A stretch of DNA of 64,000 nucleotides from an uncultured bacterium. Lineage in GTDB: Bacteria > Bacteroidota > Bacteroidia > Bacteroidales > CAIXTV01. Below the pieces are notes generated by a model. That model had not been told where the DNA came from and ran no database searches. It saw only the letters and a program-made list of their open reading frames with translations. The translations under genes and the position numbers were made by a program. The stretch lies in NCBI GenBank assembly GCA_903922465.1, contig CAIXTV010000098.1, positions 10,055-74,054 on the forward strand. Direction: 5' to 3'. Below, in pieces: positions 37,628-47,555 of the stretch (position 1 is the stretch's first letter; each line of letters opens with the position of its first letter).

Positions 37628-38464
37628 ATGCATGAAAATAATAACTATGATTTATTATTTTTGTTGGAAATTGAAAATATACTGTATTTTTGCTTTCCCT
37701 TTTTAAAGTTATTATCATTAAACCATAGTATACTTGTGAAAAACACTAAATTTGATTATTATAAAGCGATAGTTTCGCTACTTTATTTAACAAAGTTCGT
37801 GATAAGCGTTTTAATTGCTTATTTTGTGATATGGGGGTTCATAATTGAGCCACGAAAAGATATAAATTATCAAGGCTTAGGAGATTTTGCCGATTTAGTT
37901 ATGGGTGTTATTTTAGTGATTCCGTTTTTTCTGATAAATTATGTTATTTGGACCTTTGAGAGATTAAAGCATTTCAGTAATGGTAGAAATCAGAAAATAT
38001 TTCAAGTTTTTAAATGGTTTAAGTCCTTGTGGAAGGAGCATGAAATTATAAAAACTGTCCATTTCAGTAACTATTACGTTAAGGAAGCTTTGAAGGACAA
38101 GAATTATATTTATTTAATAACCGGGCTAAGCTCATGTTTTAAAAATCTGGATGCTTATTGTTGCGGATGGACACTAAATTCTAATGGAAGCGATATTGAT
38201 ATATACCAAATCATATATAAAAAAGGGAAACCCGAATTTAATAAAATCAAAACTATAGCCATTGGAAGCGAATGTGGTTTTAGTTTGGTCTTCAAGAAAA
38301 ACAACAGAACTACACTCAAAATATATTGTAACGAAAATGAGCTATGGGAATTGATATATAAAACAGTTTCAACAAAAACCACCTACTCTTTTGGGCTTAG
38401 CTTAGATTACTTTGAAAAATGTGCTCTTAAAGGCAAAGTTACCTTTCTGAAACCTCATTTTTGA
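37628..38464 (+). CDS. Hypothetical membrane protein (weak call)
   Basis: 278-aa ORF in a very AT-rich region with two predicted TM helices (VISVLIAYFVIWGFII, VMGVILVIPFFLINYVIW). I recognised no family, and the start is uncertain. Confidence 0.35.
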   Translation: MHENNNYDLLFLLEIENILYFCFPFLKLLSLNHSILVKNTKFDYYKAIVSLLYLTKFVISVLIAYFVIWGFIIEPRKDINYQGLGDFADLVMGVILVIPFFLINYVIWTFERLKHFSNGRNQKIFQVFKWFKSLWKEHEIIKTVHFSNYYVKEALKDKNYIYLITGLSSCFKNLDAYCCGWTLNSNGSDIDIYQIIYKKGKPEFNKIKTIAIGSECGFSLVFKKNNRTTLKIYCNENELWELIYKTVSTKTTYSFGLSLDYFEKCALKGKVTFLKPHF

Positions 38465-38565
38465 TGATAGCATCAAGAAATTCTTGAATAAGGGTCTGAT
38501 TATTCCTTCAATTGTAAAATTAATAATTTTGGTATAAGCAAATGATGTAATTTTGGAAAAAAGAA

Positions 38566-39339
38566 ATGATGAAAGAAAAAGCCCTTCAATCCTTTGGTAA
38601 ATTGCTTGATATAATGGATGAATTAAGAGAGAAATGCCCTTGGGATCAGGAACAAACCATTGAAAGTATACGCCATTTAACCATCGAAGAAACCTATGAG
38701 CTTTCTGATGCTATTATGGAAAATAATTATGATGACATTAAAAAAGAACTCGGTGATTTGATGTTGCATTTGGTGTTTTATTCAAAAATAGCTTCAGAAA
38801 CAGATGTTTTTGACATTGCTGATGTCATCGACAGTATAAATCATAAGTTAATACAGCGCCACCCTCATGTTTTTGGTGATGTAAAAGTGAACGATGCCGA
38901 AGATGTTAAATCGAATTGGGAACATATTAAACTGAAAAATGGAAGCTCTTCTGTTTTAAGTGGTGTTCCAAAATCCTTGCCTGCCATGGTAAAAGCATAC
39001 CGTATACAGGAGAAAGCCCGAGGGGTTGGTTTTGATTGGGAAGACCCTTCGCAGGTTTTTGATAAGGTAGTTGAAGAAGTAGGGGAACTAAAAGCCGAAT
39101 TCGATAATCATTCTCCAAAGGAAAAAATAGAAGACGAGTTTGGCGATTTAATTTTTTCTTTAATCAATTTTGCGCGATTCATTAATGTGAATGCTGATGA
39201 TGCTTTAGAGAAAACAAATAGAAAGTTCATTAAACGATTTCAATATCTAGAAGATCAAACCCGAAAACAGGGGAAATCACTAAAAGATATGAGTCTTGAA
39301 GAAATGGATATTTATTGGGAAGAAGCTAAAAAGAAATGA
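38566..39339 (+). CDS. mazG: Nucleoside triphosphate pyrophosphohydrolase MazG
   Basis: 257 aa with tandem MazG domains (EETYELSDAI..ELGDLMLHLVF and EEVGELKAE..EFGDLIFSLINF). Confidence 0.9.
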   Translation: MMKEKALQSFGKLLDIMDELREKCPWDQEQTIESIRHLTIEETYELSDAIMENNYDDIKKELGDLMLHLVFYSKIASETDVFDIADVIDSINHKLIQRHPHVFGDVKVNDAEDVKSNWEHIKLKNGSSSVLSGVPKSLPAMVKAYRIQEKARGVGFDWEDPSQVFDKVVEEVGELKAEFDNHSPKEKIEDEFGDLIFSLINFARFINVNADDALEKTNRKFIKRFQYLEDQTRKQGKSLKDMSLEEMDIYWEEAKKK

Positions 39340-40145
39340 AATTAAGAATCCTTATCATTTGTATAGGATTAACAATCATAAACTCATCTGTTTTACACTG
39401 CCAGGATTCAACAAATGTAAATCATAAGTTGAATGTGAAATATGTAAAATCATATTTTAGTGATGAAGCCAAGATATTACTAAGTCCTATTCGTTGGGAT
39501 GCAACGCAATTCAAAATCGCTGGGGCAGTGCTTTTAGGAACGGCCTTAGTTTATTCACAAGATAAGGTGATAAAAGATTTCTTTCAACGAAACAAAAGCA
39601 ATATTGCCGATAATATTAGTTCAGTGCTTGAGCCTTTTGGCAGTGGAGAATTCAGTGTTCCGTTGCTTGGAGTACTTTTCTTAACTGCCGAAATATCAAA
39701 ATCGAAAAAATTACGACAAACAACACTTGAGGCCGGAAAAGCTTTTGTCTTGAGTGGATTTACGTCATTATTGTTGAAAGAAATATTGCATCGACCCCGA
39801 CCTTTCCAATATGACCAAGGAGATGTTCAATTGTTTGATGGCCCTTTGGGGCAATCTAATTACAATTCAATGCCTTCCGGGCATACAATAACAGCATTTT
39901 CAATTGCGACGGTTTTTGCAACAGAATATAAAAACATTCTTTGGGTTCCTATATTATCGTATACAATTGCAACGGGGGTTGCGCTTTCACGAATTTATGA
40001 TAATAAGCATTGGGCGTCAGATGTTGTAATGGGTTCAGCTTTAGGATGGGCAATAGGCAAGTTAATTAGCAATAATTCAAAATTAAAAATATATCCATTG
40101 ATGAATTCAAGATATACTGGGATGGGGATAAGGGTATCATTATAA
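39336..40145 (+). CDS. PAP2-family phosphatase
   Basis: The three PAP2 motifs are present: KEILHRPRP, PSGHT and SRIYDNKHWASDV. It has a signal peptide, and its start overlaps the mazG stop. Confidence 0.85.
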   Translation: MKLRILIICIGLTIINSSVLHCQDSTNVNHKLNVKYVKSYFSDEAKILLSPIRWDATQFKIAGAVLLGTALVYSQDKVIKDFFQRNKSNIADNISSVLEPFGSGEFSVPLLGVLFLTAEISKSKKLRQTTLEAGKAFVLSGFTSLLLKEILHRPRPFQYDQGDVQLFDGPLGQSNYNSMPSGHTITAFSIATVFATEYKNILWVPILSYTIATGVALSRIYDNKHWASDVVMGSALGWAIGKLISNNSKLKIYPLMNSRYTGMGIRVSL

Positions 40146-40178
40146 ATAAAAACTGCCCGAAATATCTTTCCGGGCAGT
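40146..40178 (-). terminator. Rho-independent terminator for the 40198-41814 gene (hairpin shared with the convergent PAP2 gene)
   Basis: ACTGCCCG-11 nt-CGGGCAGT stem at 40152-40178. On the minus strand it is followed by TTTTTATTTAT. Confidence 0.6.
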
Positions 40179-40197
40179 TAAAGTAAAGTTTATCAAT

Positions 40198-41814
40198 TTA
40201 CAGATTTATTAATTTGCTTTTAGGATACTTTATTGAATAAGAAATCTTCATGTCTTTTTTTATTTCAGAAGGTTCCATTTTAAGTTTCCAGGTTAGTTTT
40301 CCACTTTCTTCATTGTAAAGCCCCGATGACATTTCAAGTTTTTCTATTTCAATGTCTTTGTCATTCGAAATCGGGAATTGTTCATCAATAATAATTTTGA
40401 TGGCTTGCTTTTTCTGATTTCTAACTGTAATACCCCAGCAAATAGTTTCTTTCTTGTTTAAGCCTATGGTCTTGCTACTGCAGAAGTCTTTAAATTTAGT
40501 TCGGGTTACAATAATACTTTTATCTCGTCCAAGCGAAATGTCAAGGGTGTCATTAGTATTGCGGGTGTTTAAATATGATTTCCCTACATAAGTGCCTTCA
40601 AAATATAAGTTAGCTTCACCTGGCAGAAGATTATACTGATCCCAGCCTGTGATTTTAGCCAATAGGAAAGCGTCCCTGTCTAATTTTGGAGCACAATAGT
40701 ATTCATACTCAGCATTAACACTATGCTTTTGAATTTCAACTGCAATATTTCTACCATCAGACATAATAGAATAAGGAACTTTAATTTCAAACTCAATGTT
40801 GGTTTGTGATTCGGTGACCTCTGTGTAATCAGCCAATGTGTTTGCATAACCACTATTGTCTTTAGCTTCCATTTGACTATATTCTGCTGCTTGTGAGACC
40901 TTGTTCATTGCAGCGGGTCTATTGCTTATGTTCTTATTATTATCATAACGAGCATATAAAAAACTCAAATACCATGGATTTAATTGTGGTTTACTGCCTC
41001 CAAGAGTTGGATTGCCTGTTGATAAGGTAAGTTTGACGTTTTTCCAATCTTCACCACTATTTTGTGCAACATTGGCTTTATAAACCAACGAAATAGGACT
41101 ATTTACATCCTTTGCCCTGATGTCATAAACAGGCACCCACCCTGAATTGGATACATAATAGCTTAATGAAAATTCGGCTTGGTCTGCTTCTTTGGCAAAA
41201 ACATCGATTAAAATAATTCCTGATGATTTATTGGTGCTTGCAAACACAGCTATCTGCTGATTAACTCGTTGAATGTTCTCGCTTATCTTTTTTATTTTTT
41301 CATTTAAACTTATAAAACGGGTTTTTATTTCGATAAGTCTTGATTTAAAGAAATCAATATTCTCTTTTAAATCGATAAGTTTCAGTCCTGTGTTTGAACC
41401 ACCCACTATTTTATTGGCATTTAACATAGATTCTTCTGCCGTGCACACATCTCGCATGCTTTTCTGAAAGTCTAGCTCTTTATTTAGTTTTTCCAGAGTG
41501 TCTTCCAATTGTATGAGTTCTTTCGACTTTTGTGGTTTCTCGAGATAATCTTGTTGAAAGGTAACAGACATTATTGTGAAATCACCTTTTGCTGTTAATT
41601 GAATACTATTGGCGTTAATGTAGGGAGACAAGTCAGTGAACATCATAGTAGAAGCGCCTTTTGGAACAACAGCATTAGCAGTTCTGCTAATTTGAGCTCC
41701 GCTCAGAAAGACTGTGACTTCTTTAATGCTTGATTTAACTGGAATTGCTTCGGCTTGCGCAATGAGTTGCACAAAAGGAAACATAAAGAGCAGGACGATG
41801 AGTTTCTTTTTCAT
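40198..41814 (-). CDS. DUF4139 / mucoidy-inhibitor MuiA-family-like protein
   Basis: About 538 aa with a signal peptide and a central coiled coil. The N-terminus VTVFLSGAQISR and overall architecture match my recollection of this family. The start is set at MKKKLIVLL (41814). Confidence 0.6.
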   Translation of the reverse strand: MKKKLIVLLFMFPFVQLIAQAEAIPVKSSIKEVTVFLSGAQISRTANAVVPKGASTMMFTDLSPYINANSIQLTAKGDFTIMSVTFQQDYLEKPQKSKELIQLEDTLEKLNKELDFQKSMRDVCTAEESMLNANKIVGGSNTGLKLIDLKENIDFFKSRLIEIKTRFISLNEKIKKISENIQRVNQQIAVFASTNKSSGIILIDVFAKEADQAEFSLSYYVSNSGWVPVYDIRAKDVNSPISLVYKANVAQNSGEDWKNVKLTLSTGNPTLGGSKPQLNPWYLSFLYARYDNNKNISNRPAAMNKVSQAAEYSQMEAKDNSGYANTLADYTEVTESQTNIEFEIKVPYSIMSDGRNIAVEIQKHSVNAEYEYYCAPKLDRDAFLLAKITGWDQYNLLPGEANLYFEGTYVGKSYLNTRNTNDTLDISLGRDKSIIVTRTKFKDFCSSKTIGLNKKETICWGITVRNQKKQAIKIIIDEQFPISNDKDIEIEKLEMSSGLYNEESGKLTWKLKMEPSEIKKDMKISYSIKYPKSKLINL

Positions 41815-42108
41815 AGGGTATAGCATTTTATTTTTTAGTTATGCTTCAAGGATTTTTCAAAAACCATGCCATAATTATTGTTTCGAAAATATTATCTCTT
41901 CTCATGCTGTTTTTTATTGGATAGATATTGCGGAAATTGGTCGGATGGCGATACGGGTAGTTCCTATGCTTTCAATTTATATAGAATTATTTTGTGACTG
42001 AATCATTTTTATTCACTTTACACTTAAATGCTTCACTCTATGAAACCCAATATTTTCTCCCTTTATTAAAACGGCATAATTTTTGACGATATATCGAAAA
42101 CGAATCCC

Positions 42109-42519
42109 ATGAAAACTATTGCTAAATTCCTATCCCTTTTATTTATAGTGTTCGCTTCTTGTCAGGTTGATAAAAGCACTATTGACCCAACGGCAGATGA
42201 TAGAGATAAATATGTTGGCAATTGGACTTGTGTGGAAAATCCTGCCGCCAAAGTCTCTTTTTCGATTACCATTACCAAAAACACAGCAAATTCATCCGAA
42301 ATATTTATTTCTAACTTTAATTTATTAGGCGTTGATGTGAAACCCTATGCTACAGTTTCAAGCACAACGCTTACTATTCCAACCCAATGGGTGTGTAGTA
42401 ATACAACAAGGATTTACGGCAATGGGATATTGGTTAACGATGCAAAGATTACGCTTCAATATACGGTGATTGATACCGATAGCGCTAGTTATACGGCCAC
42501 TTACACCAAGCAACCTTAA
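42109..42519 (+). CDS. Small lipoprotein, hypothetical
   Basis: 136 aa with the lipobox VFASCQ. Confidence 0.5.
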   Translation: MKTIAKFLSLLFIVFASCQVDKSTIDPTADDRDKYVGNWTCVENPAAKVSFSITITKNTANSSEIFISNFNLLGVDVKPYATVSSTTLTIPTQWVCSNTTRIYGNGILVNDAKITLQYTVIDTDSASYTATYTKQP

Positions 42520-42527
42520 GGTTTTAA

Positions 42528-42893
42528 TTAGCGAACGGACGATTGCATTACGCTTAATCGCGTAATTACTTCCTGATACAATTTCCCGAAATATTTCAAA
42601 TCTATCGAATAATAGTAAAGACTATTTACTAGCTGGCTGTGAGTTATAGAATACTTCTTATACAATACGGCATAGTATGTTGCAGCCTTCATCTTCATAT
42701 CAAGAGGTACACCATAGTATTGCGCCATTGATGCTTCGATAAGATGCAAGTCGACGAGCACATTTATCATCTTTTCGCGGGGAATAACGTTGTCGGGAGC
42801 ATCGGCCAAAATATTATCTCTTTTGCCGCACGAAAAACATATTAAGACTATGATTAAGAGACTTATTAAACGAAATGATTTTCTGATCTTCAT
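42528..42893 (-). CDS. Small lipoprotein (DUF4296-like by context)
   Basis: 121 aa with the lipobox ICFSCG. Its start overlaps the stop of the dihydroorotase gene upstream. Confidence 0.5.
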   Translation of the reverse strand: MKIRKSFRLISLLIIVLICFSCGKRDNILADAPDNVIPREKMINVLVDLHLIEASMAQYYGVPLDMKMKAATYYAVLYKKYSITHSQLVNSLYYYSIDLKYFGKLYQEVITRLSVMQSSVR

Positions 42894-44254
42894 ATTTCAA
42901 AAAGAAGCCTTTGGCCTTTTACTGATTCATTAAATATTTTATTGCAATAGATTAAATTTCCGTTGACAAAGGTATGCGTTATAGTTGAATTAAAAGTTTC
43001 GCCTTCGAAGGGTGACCATTCACATTTATATAATATGTTTTCTTTTGCAACCAAGGTGGGTATTCGCAGATCGAATACGCATAAATCGGCATAATATCCC
43101 TTACGTATAAAACCACGTTTTTCAACTTTAAAGCATATTGCAGGAGAATGACACATCTTGTCGACCACTTTATTCAGGCTTAATAATTTTCCCTGATAAA
43201 ACTCAAGCATAATTTGAAGCGAGTGCTGAACCAAGGGGCCGCCTGAAGGGGCATTTAAATAGGAATTTTGTTTTTCTTGAAGTGTGTGAGGAGCATGATC
43301 GGTGGCTATAACATCAATTTTGTTCTCTAATAGTGCATTGAAGAGTGCTTCGCGATCGTATTCTGCCTTAATTGCAGGATTCCATTTGATGAGATTTTTT
43401 TTAGTTGCATAATCTTTATCGCTAAACCATAGATGATGAACACACACTTCGGATGTGATGCGTTTTTTATGGAGGGGTACATAATTATCAAGCAAATCCA
43501 TTTCGATGGCGCTGGATAAGTGCAATAGATGAAGACGTGTGTTGTATGTTTGAGCCAGTTCGACAGCTTTTTTTGACGATAAATAGCATGCTTTAGCGTT
43601 CCTTATTAATGGATGCGCTTGAGGGGGGATGTTTTCGCCATACTCTTTTTTGATAAAGAAGAGGTTTTCCTTAATGGTGAGTTCATCTTCGCAATGAACT
43701 GCTATTAACATCTTGCTTTTTGAGAAGATTAATTTTAGTGCAGGAAGGTCATCAACTAACATATCGCCTGTTGAAGCTCCAAGGAAGATCTTTACACCAC
43801 ATACGTTGCGGGGGTCGGTTAGCAGAACGTCTGCTATGTTGGTGTTGGAAGTGCCCATGTAAAATGAATAGTTGGCCAATGATTTTTCGGCAGCGATATC
43901 ATATTTTTCTTGCAGCAATTCTTGTGTGAGGGTGCCGGGTTTGGTATTAGGCATCTCCATAAACGAAGTTATTCCTCCTGCTACAGCCGCTTTACTTTCA
44001 GAATAGATATCTCCTTTGTGGGTTAAACCTGGCTCACGGAAGTGAACTTGATCGTCGATGACTCCCGGAATTAGATGTTGGCCGCTTAGGTCGATGGTGG
44101 TTAAGCCTTCAATATTAAAGGGGTCGGGGAGGGGGTTTTCGTCGGTGAAAACATCTTGTATGATGCCATTTTGTATGAAAACACTTCCTTCGAAAGTTTG
44201 TCCTTCGTTGGTTATGGTGGCATTTGCCAGTAAATAAGGTTTTGAATCATTCAT
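42890..44254 (-). CDS. pyrC: Dihydroorotase (cyclic amidohydrolase family)
   Basis: 454 aa with the metal-binding motifs DDQVHFREPG, VHCED and ATDHAPH. Confidence 0.8.
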   Translation of the reverse strand: MNDSKPYLLANATITNEGQTFEGSVFIQNGIIQDVFTDENPLPDPFNIEGLTTIDLSGQHLIPGVIDDQVHFREPGLTHKGDIYSESKAAVAGGITSFMEMPNTKPGTLTQELLQEKYDIAAEKSLANYSFYMGTSNTNIADVLLTDPRNVCGVKIFLGASTGDMLVDDLPALKLIFSKSKMLIAVHCEDELTIKENLFFIKKEYGENIPPQAHPLIRNAKACYLSSKKAVELAQTYNTRLHLLHLSSAIEMDLLDNYVPLHKKRITSEVCVHHLWFSDKDYATKKNLIKWNPAIKAEYDREALFNALLENKIDVIATDHAPHTLQEKQNSYLNAPSGGPLVQHSLQIMLEFYQGKLLSLNKVVDKMCHSPAICFKVEKRGFIRKGYYADLCVFDLRIPTLVAKENILYKCEWSPFEGETFNSTITHTFVNGNLIYCNKIFNESVKGQRLLFEI

Positions 44255-44778
44255 AATAAATATTCTTATCGAGCAAAGTTATATATTATTATACATACTA
44301 AGGCTTTTATTCGGCAAAATTATTGATTTTGGTGCCGAAAGCCTTATGCCAATTGCTTTTCTGTTTGTTTGATTTTATGCGAATTGCGTAATGTGGATGA
44401 TGTTTTTTAATGGATTGTTAGTCGATGGATTTATTTCAGCATAAAAATTTATTTTGTGTGAAAAACAGTCTCGAATCCCCGCTGATGGATATTTTGTATT
44501 ATAAATTGAATTATTTTTTCAGATTTCAAAAATAATTGAAACGTTAAAAAAAACAGAAATGAAATATATTCGAAAAAGAATTTATACATTTGTGGTTGAA
44601 TTTGTGCAATTGCAAAATGTGATGTTGTTATTTGTGTGGTTTATCATCCTAAATATCAACACGAATAGGTTGTGATGCCCATTTTTAAAGATAAAATGAA
44701 TATATGTATCATCTAAACATATATTATATATCGTATGAATTAAAACTATTTAACGTCATTTAAAAAGAAAGAGAAAAT

Positions 44779-45594
44779 ATGAATAACAACATTATTGTAC
44801 CAAACGATTTTTCCCCCTTAGCTGAGAAAGCAATTCAGCAGGCAGTAGTTATTGCGCTGAAAAATAAATCGAGCATCACTTTGTTGCATGTCATACACGA
44901 CAAATCGCATACAAGGCCTGAGGCAGAGGCACTTTTGAGGGCTCAGGCCGAAGCTATTGCCCGTGAGAAAGGCTTGACGTGTTATTTTAAGCTTAGGGTG
45001 GGCAATCTTTTCGAAGAGATTCACTATGTTACCTGTGAAAAAGAATATAATTTAATGGTGGTAGGTGCGCATCGCATGAAGGGGATTAAGCAGATGTTGT
45101 TTGGTGCCAACATCCTTAAACTTGTCGAAAAGTCGAGTACCAAGGTTTTAGTGCTTCAGGAAGCATCGCCTCTACTAAATTCGTTTAAACGCATCGTTCT
45201 ACCTGTGAGTAGTCACGAGTCATTTCAATTGGTGTTGGAGGATGTTTGTGATTTTGCCTCGATTTTCGACTCTGAAGTTATGTTATATTCCATTAATAAG
45301 CCCGGTTTCGAATGGCCTAATCAGTTGTTGTTGAATATTGAGTTGGCAACAAAATGTTTCGAAAGCGAGGGTATTAAAATGACAAGGGTTAAGGAAGATG
45401 CCACGGTGTATGCGATGGGCTATGCATGGCAAACCATGAAATATGCGAATAGCTGTGGGGCCGATGCTATATGTATGATGTCGATGCCTTCGAGCGAATA
45501 TTATTATTTTGCGCATGCCGACAAAGAAGCCCTTTTGATGAACGAATATCACATTCCAATACTCTGTTTGGGTGGAGGAGTGAATGTTGATTAA
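44779..45594 (+). CDS. Universal stress protein (tandem Usp domains)
   Basis: 271 aa. The N-terminus IIVPNDFSPLAEKAIQQAV...LLHVI and a second half with the same pattern are both present. Confidence 0.75.
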   Translation: MNNNIIVPNDFSPLAEKAIQQAVVIALKNKSSITLLHVIHDKSHTRPEAEALLRAQAEAIAREKGLTCYFKLRVGNLFEEIHYVTCEKEYNLMVVGAHRMKGIKQMLFGANILKLVEKSSTKVLVLQEASPLLNSFKRIVLPVSSHESFQLVLEDVCDFASIFDSEVMLYSINKPGFEWPNQLLLNIELATKCFESEGIKMTRVKEDATVYAMGYAWQTMKYANSCGADAICMMSMPSSEYYYFAHADKEALLMNEYHIPILCLGGGVNVD

Positions 45595-45723
45595 TATTTT
45601 GTTGGTTGAGGGCGATAGGGTAGGACACAAGTTTTAACAACAAGGCCTTTTGACTTCAGAAGCTTTAGGCTTTACGATTGCTTAGCCGCATTTCGTTCGA
45701 AATTCGGTTTTAAAATTCAGTAT

Positions 45724-45757
45724 AAAAAAGAAAAAGCCCTGCATTGCTGCCGGGCTT
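45724..45757 (-). terminator. Rho-independent terminator after the 45783-46745 gene
   Basis: On the minus strand, an AGCCCgGCA-gcaa-TGCaGGGCT hairpin is followed by TTTTTCTTTTTT. Confidence 0.55.
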
Positions 45758-45782
45758 TCTATATATTAAGGAGTGAATGTTT

Positions 45783-46745
45783 TTAAGCTACATTAATTAC
45801 AAAGGTGATATCGCCTCTTTCGGTAAGACTTTCATTCTTCACCATAACGTAACGGTTGGTGAGGTTTCCCAGCAAATTAGGATTGATGGTAACCGTTTGT
45901 GAAGGGGCCAAAGTATACCATACCAATACGTTGCCTTTGGCTGCGGAAGCCAGCCCCACTTTCAGTTCTTGGGTCGAATTGTTGGTCAGGGTGACCGTTT
46001 CTCCTGTTTTGAAGGTGTGAATACATATTTTTTTGATGATATGAGCAGGAACTAACAAAGTATAGCGTTTTTCGTTGCTTGCCTTATAGATGAGTTGCAT
46101 GGGAAAGAACGCCAAGGCGACTTCAGGATGTTCGATGTTTAGTTGAATCAATCCGCAATAGACATACCAAAGGCCATTTGCACAATCGTTCACCAATTCG
46201 GAAACATCAACACTGTCGTCGCTAACTTTTTGCTTATCAACGCTCTGTGTTGCTTTTTTACCTGCCAAAGCAGTGGCATATACTTGAATTTGAGCTTTAA
46301 CTGTAGCCAAAGAAGCGTCGCTTCCTATGGCCGTAATGAGGGCATTAATGCGAATAAGACGGTTTGTGCGTGAGCCAACATAGAAACTGCTAGCACCATC
46401 TATTAGTAGGCGGTCGTACTCTTCGGTGTCTTTAGGATACACGTCTGATATTTGTTTAATCCAATCGGTAAGCTCAGCTTTTTCGCCTTTTATGGTGAGT
46501 ACTACTTGTTTTGTGGCCGATGTGCGAAATATCACATTCGCTTTCTGAAGGGCTGCTTCTTGCTGAAGGGCTGTATTCTTGGGTGAATAATAGTCTAGCA
46601 GGGCTTCGATGTCTTCGTTAGTTTCAGCAGGAATTGTTAACGAATCAACTAGGCTTTGTGATATTTCTACAGCATTAGGAACGCTGCTCGACATTGCTTT
46701 TTTAAATGGATTTTTACCTAAATGTGAACCAGTTGGTGTTGCCAT
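45783..46745 (-). CDS. Hypothetical protein, paralogue of the 8861-9799 product
   Basis: 320 aa. The C-terminal 93 aa (45786-46064) are homologous to the C-terminus of the 8861 gene product, while the N-terminal two-thirds are divergent. There is no signal peptide. Confidence 0.7.
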   Translation of the reverse strand: MATPTGSHLGKNPFKKAMSSSVPNAVEISQSLVDSLTIPAETNEDIEALLDYYSPKNTALQQEAALQKANVIFRTSATKQVVLTIKGEKAELTDWIKQISDVYPKDTEEYDRLLIDGASSFYVGSRTNRLIRINALITAIGSDASLATVKAQIQVYATALAGKKATQSVDKQKVSDDSVDVSELVNDCANGLWYVYCGLIQLNIEHPEVALAFFPMQLIYKASNEKRYTLLVPAHIIKKICIHTFKTGETVTLTNNSTQELKVGLASAAKGNVLVWYTLAPSQTVTINPNLLGNLTNRYVMVKNESLTERGDITFVINVA

Positions 46746-46780
46746 GACTTTTGTGGTTTTAAATGAATAAAAAATTTAAC

Positions 46781-46802
46781 TACTTTGTGGGGAACAAAGT
46801 TA
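46781..46802 (-). promoter_or_regulatory. Candidate -7 box (TAACTTTG, minus strand 46802-46795) overlapping the 7-bp inverted repeat ACTTTGT-5 nt-ACAAAGT (46781-46799)
   Basis: The motif and palindrome can be read directly, about 50 nt upstream of ATG 46745. Confidence 0.35.
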
Positions 46803-46939
46803 TATATAATCTACATAATAGCAATACATATATGCAATTTATATTCAGTCTAAATAAGAAATGAAATTAAATGAATGATAATAAGTGTATTACTAAGGAA
46901 AATCAATTTTAAATTAAAAAAAATAATTTGTATTTTGTG

Positions 46940-47360
46940 TGAAATTCATTTTCGACAGAGGGTGTTTTTCTGTTTTTAATTGAAAATTCGTTTTTGAGGA
47001 ATTATCATTTTGGGTTTATAGTTGAAAAAATTTTTTTATAGGATAAACAATTTAGGTTTTCATATAAAAATCGATTTTCATAGGATAAACAATATGTAAA
47101 TGATTTCGAAAATTCATTTTTATAGGTTTATCATTTTGTGTTTTCATATAAAAATGCATTTTCATACGATTATCATTTTGTAAATGCCTCCGAAAATCAA
47201 TTTTTATAGGTTTATCATTATGTAAATGCCTCCAAAAATCGATTTTTATATGTTTATCATTTTAGGTATTGATATAAAAATAAATTTTCGACTTAAAAAC
47301 CTTAATGAAATCGGGAGAAAGCGCAATTTTCGAATTTCTAGCGAAAAAAAAATAATCGTT
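46940..47360. repeat. At least 8 strictly phased 42-bp degenerate tandem repeats, each with an AAAAT-NN-ATTTT palindromic core plus an ATAGGTTTATCATTTT-like half
   Basis: Unit starts fall at 46982, 47024, 47066, 47108, 47150, 47192, 47234 and 47276, all exactly 42 nt apart, with degenerate copies at both flanks. Perfect 12-bp palindromes are AAAATCGATTTT (47067-47078 and 47235-47246) and AAAATGCATTTT (47151-47162). Confidence 0.85.
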
Positions 47361-47555
47361 GGAACAGAGAAATTTCAGGAAGAATTTTTTTTAAAATAAA
47401 AAAAAATGCAGAATTAACATTTTATCCGAATCTTTCTTTTTAATTTTGTGATGCTTCTTCGAACCTGCCTTGTGGAAATCGAAATTAAAGAGGGCTTAAT
47501 TCGAATGAACCATTAAATTTTTTCAATAAACAAAAATAAAAAACTGGAGGGCACA

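Noticed and set aside
44301-44346. Imperfect hairpin AAGGCTTTTATTCGGCA...TGCCGAAAGCCTT upstream of the dihydroorotase gene, considered as a pyr attenuator or riboswitch
   Set aside because: It is a single bulged stem with no recognisable conserved riboswitch or PyrR-binding features. It cannot be distinguished from chance structure by eye.
44451-46950. A shared ~14-nt string (ATTTTGTGTGAAA) at about 44452 and about 46932, considered as direct repeats flanking a usp + orphan-gene insertion
   Set aside because: The match is too short and too AT-rich to be significant without statistics, and there are no other boundary features.
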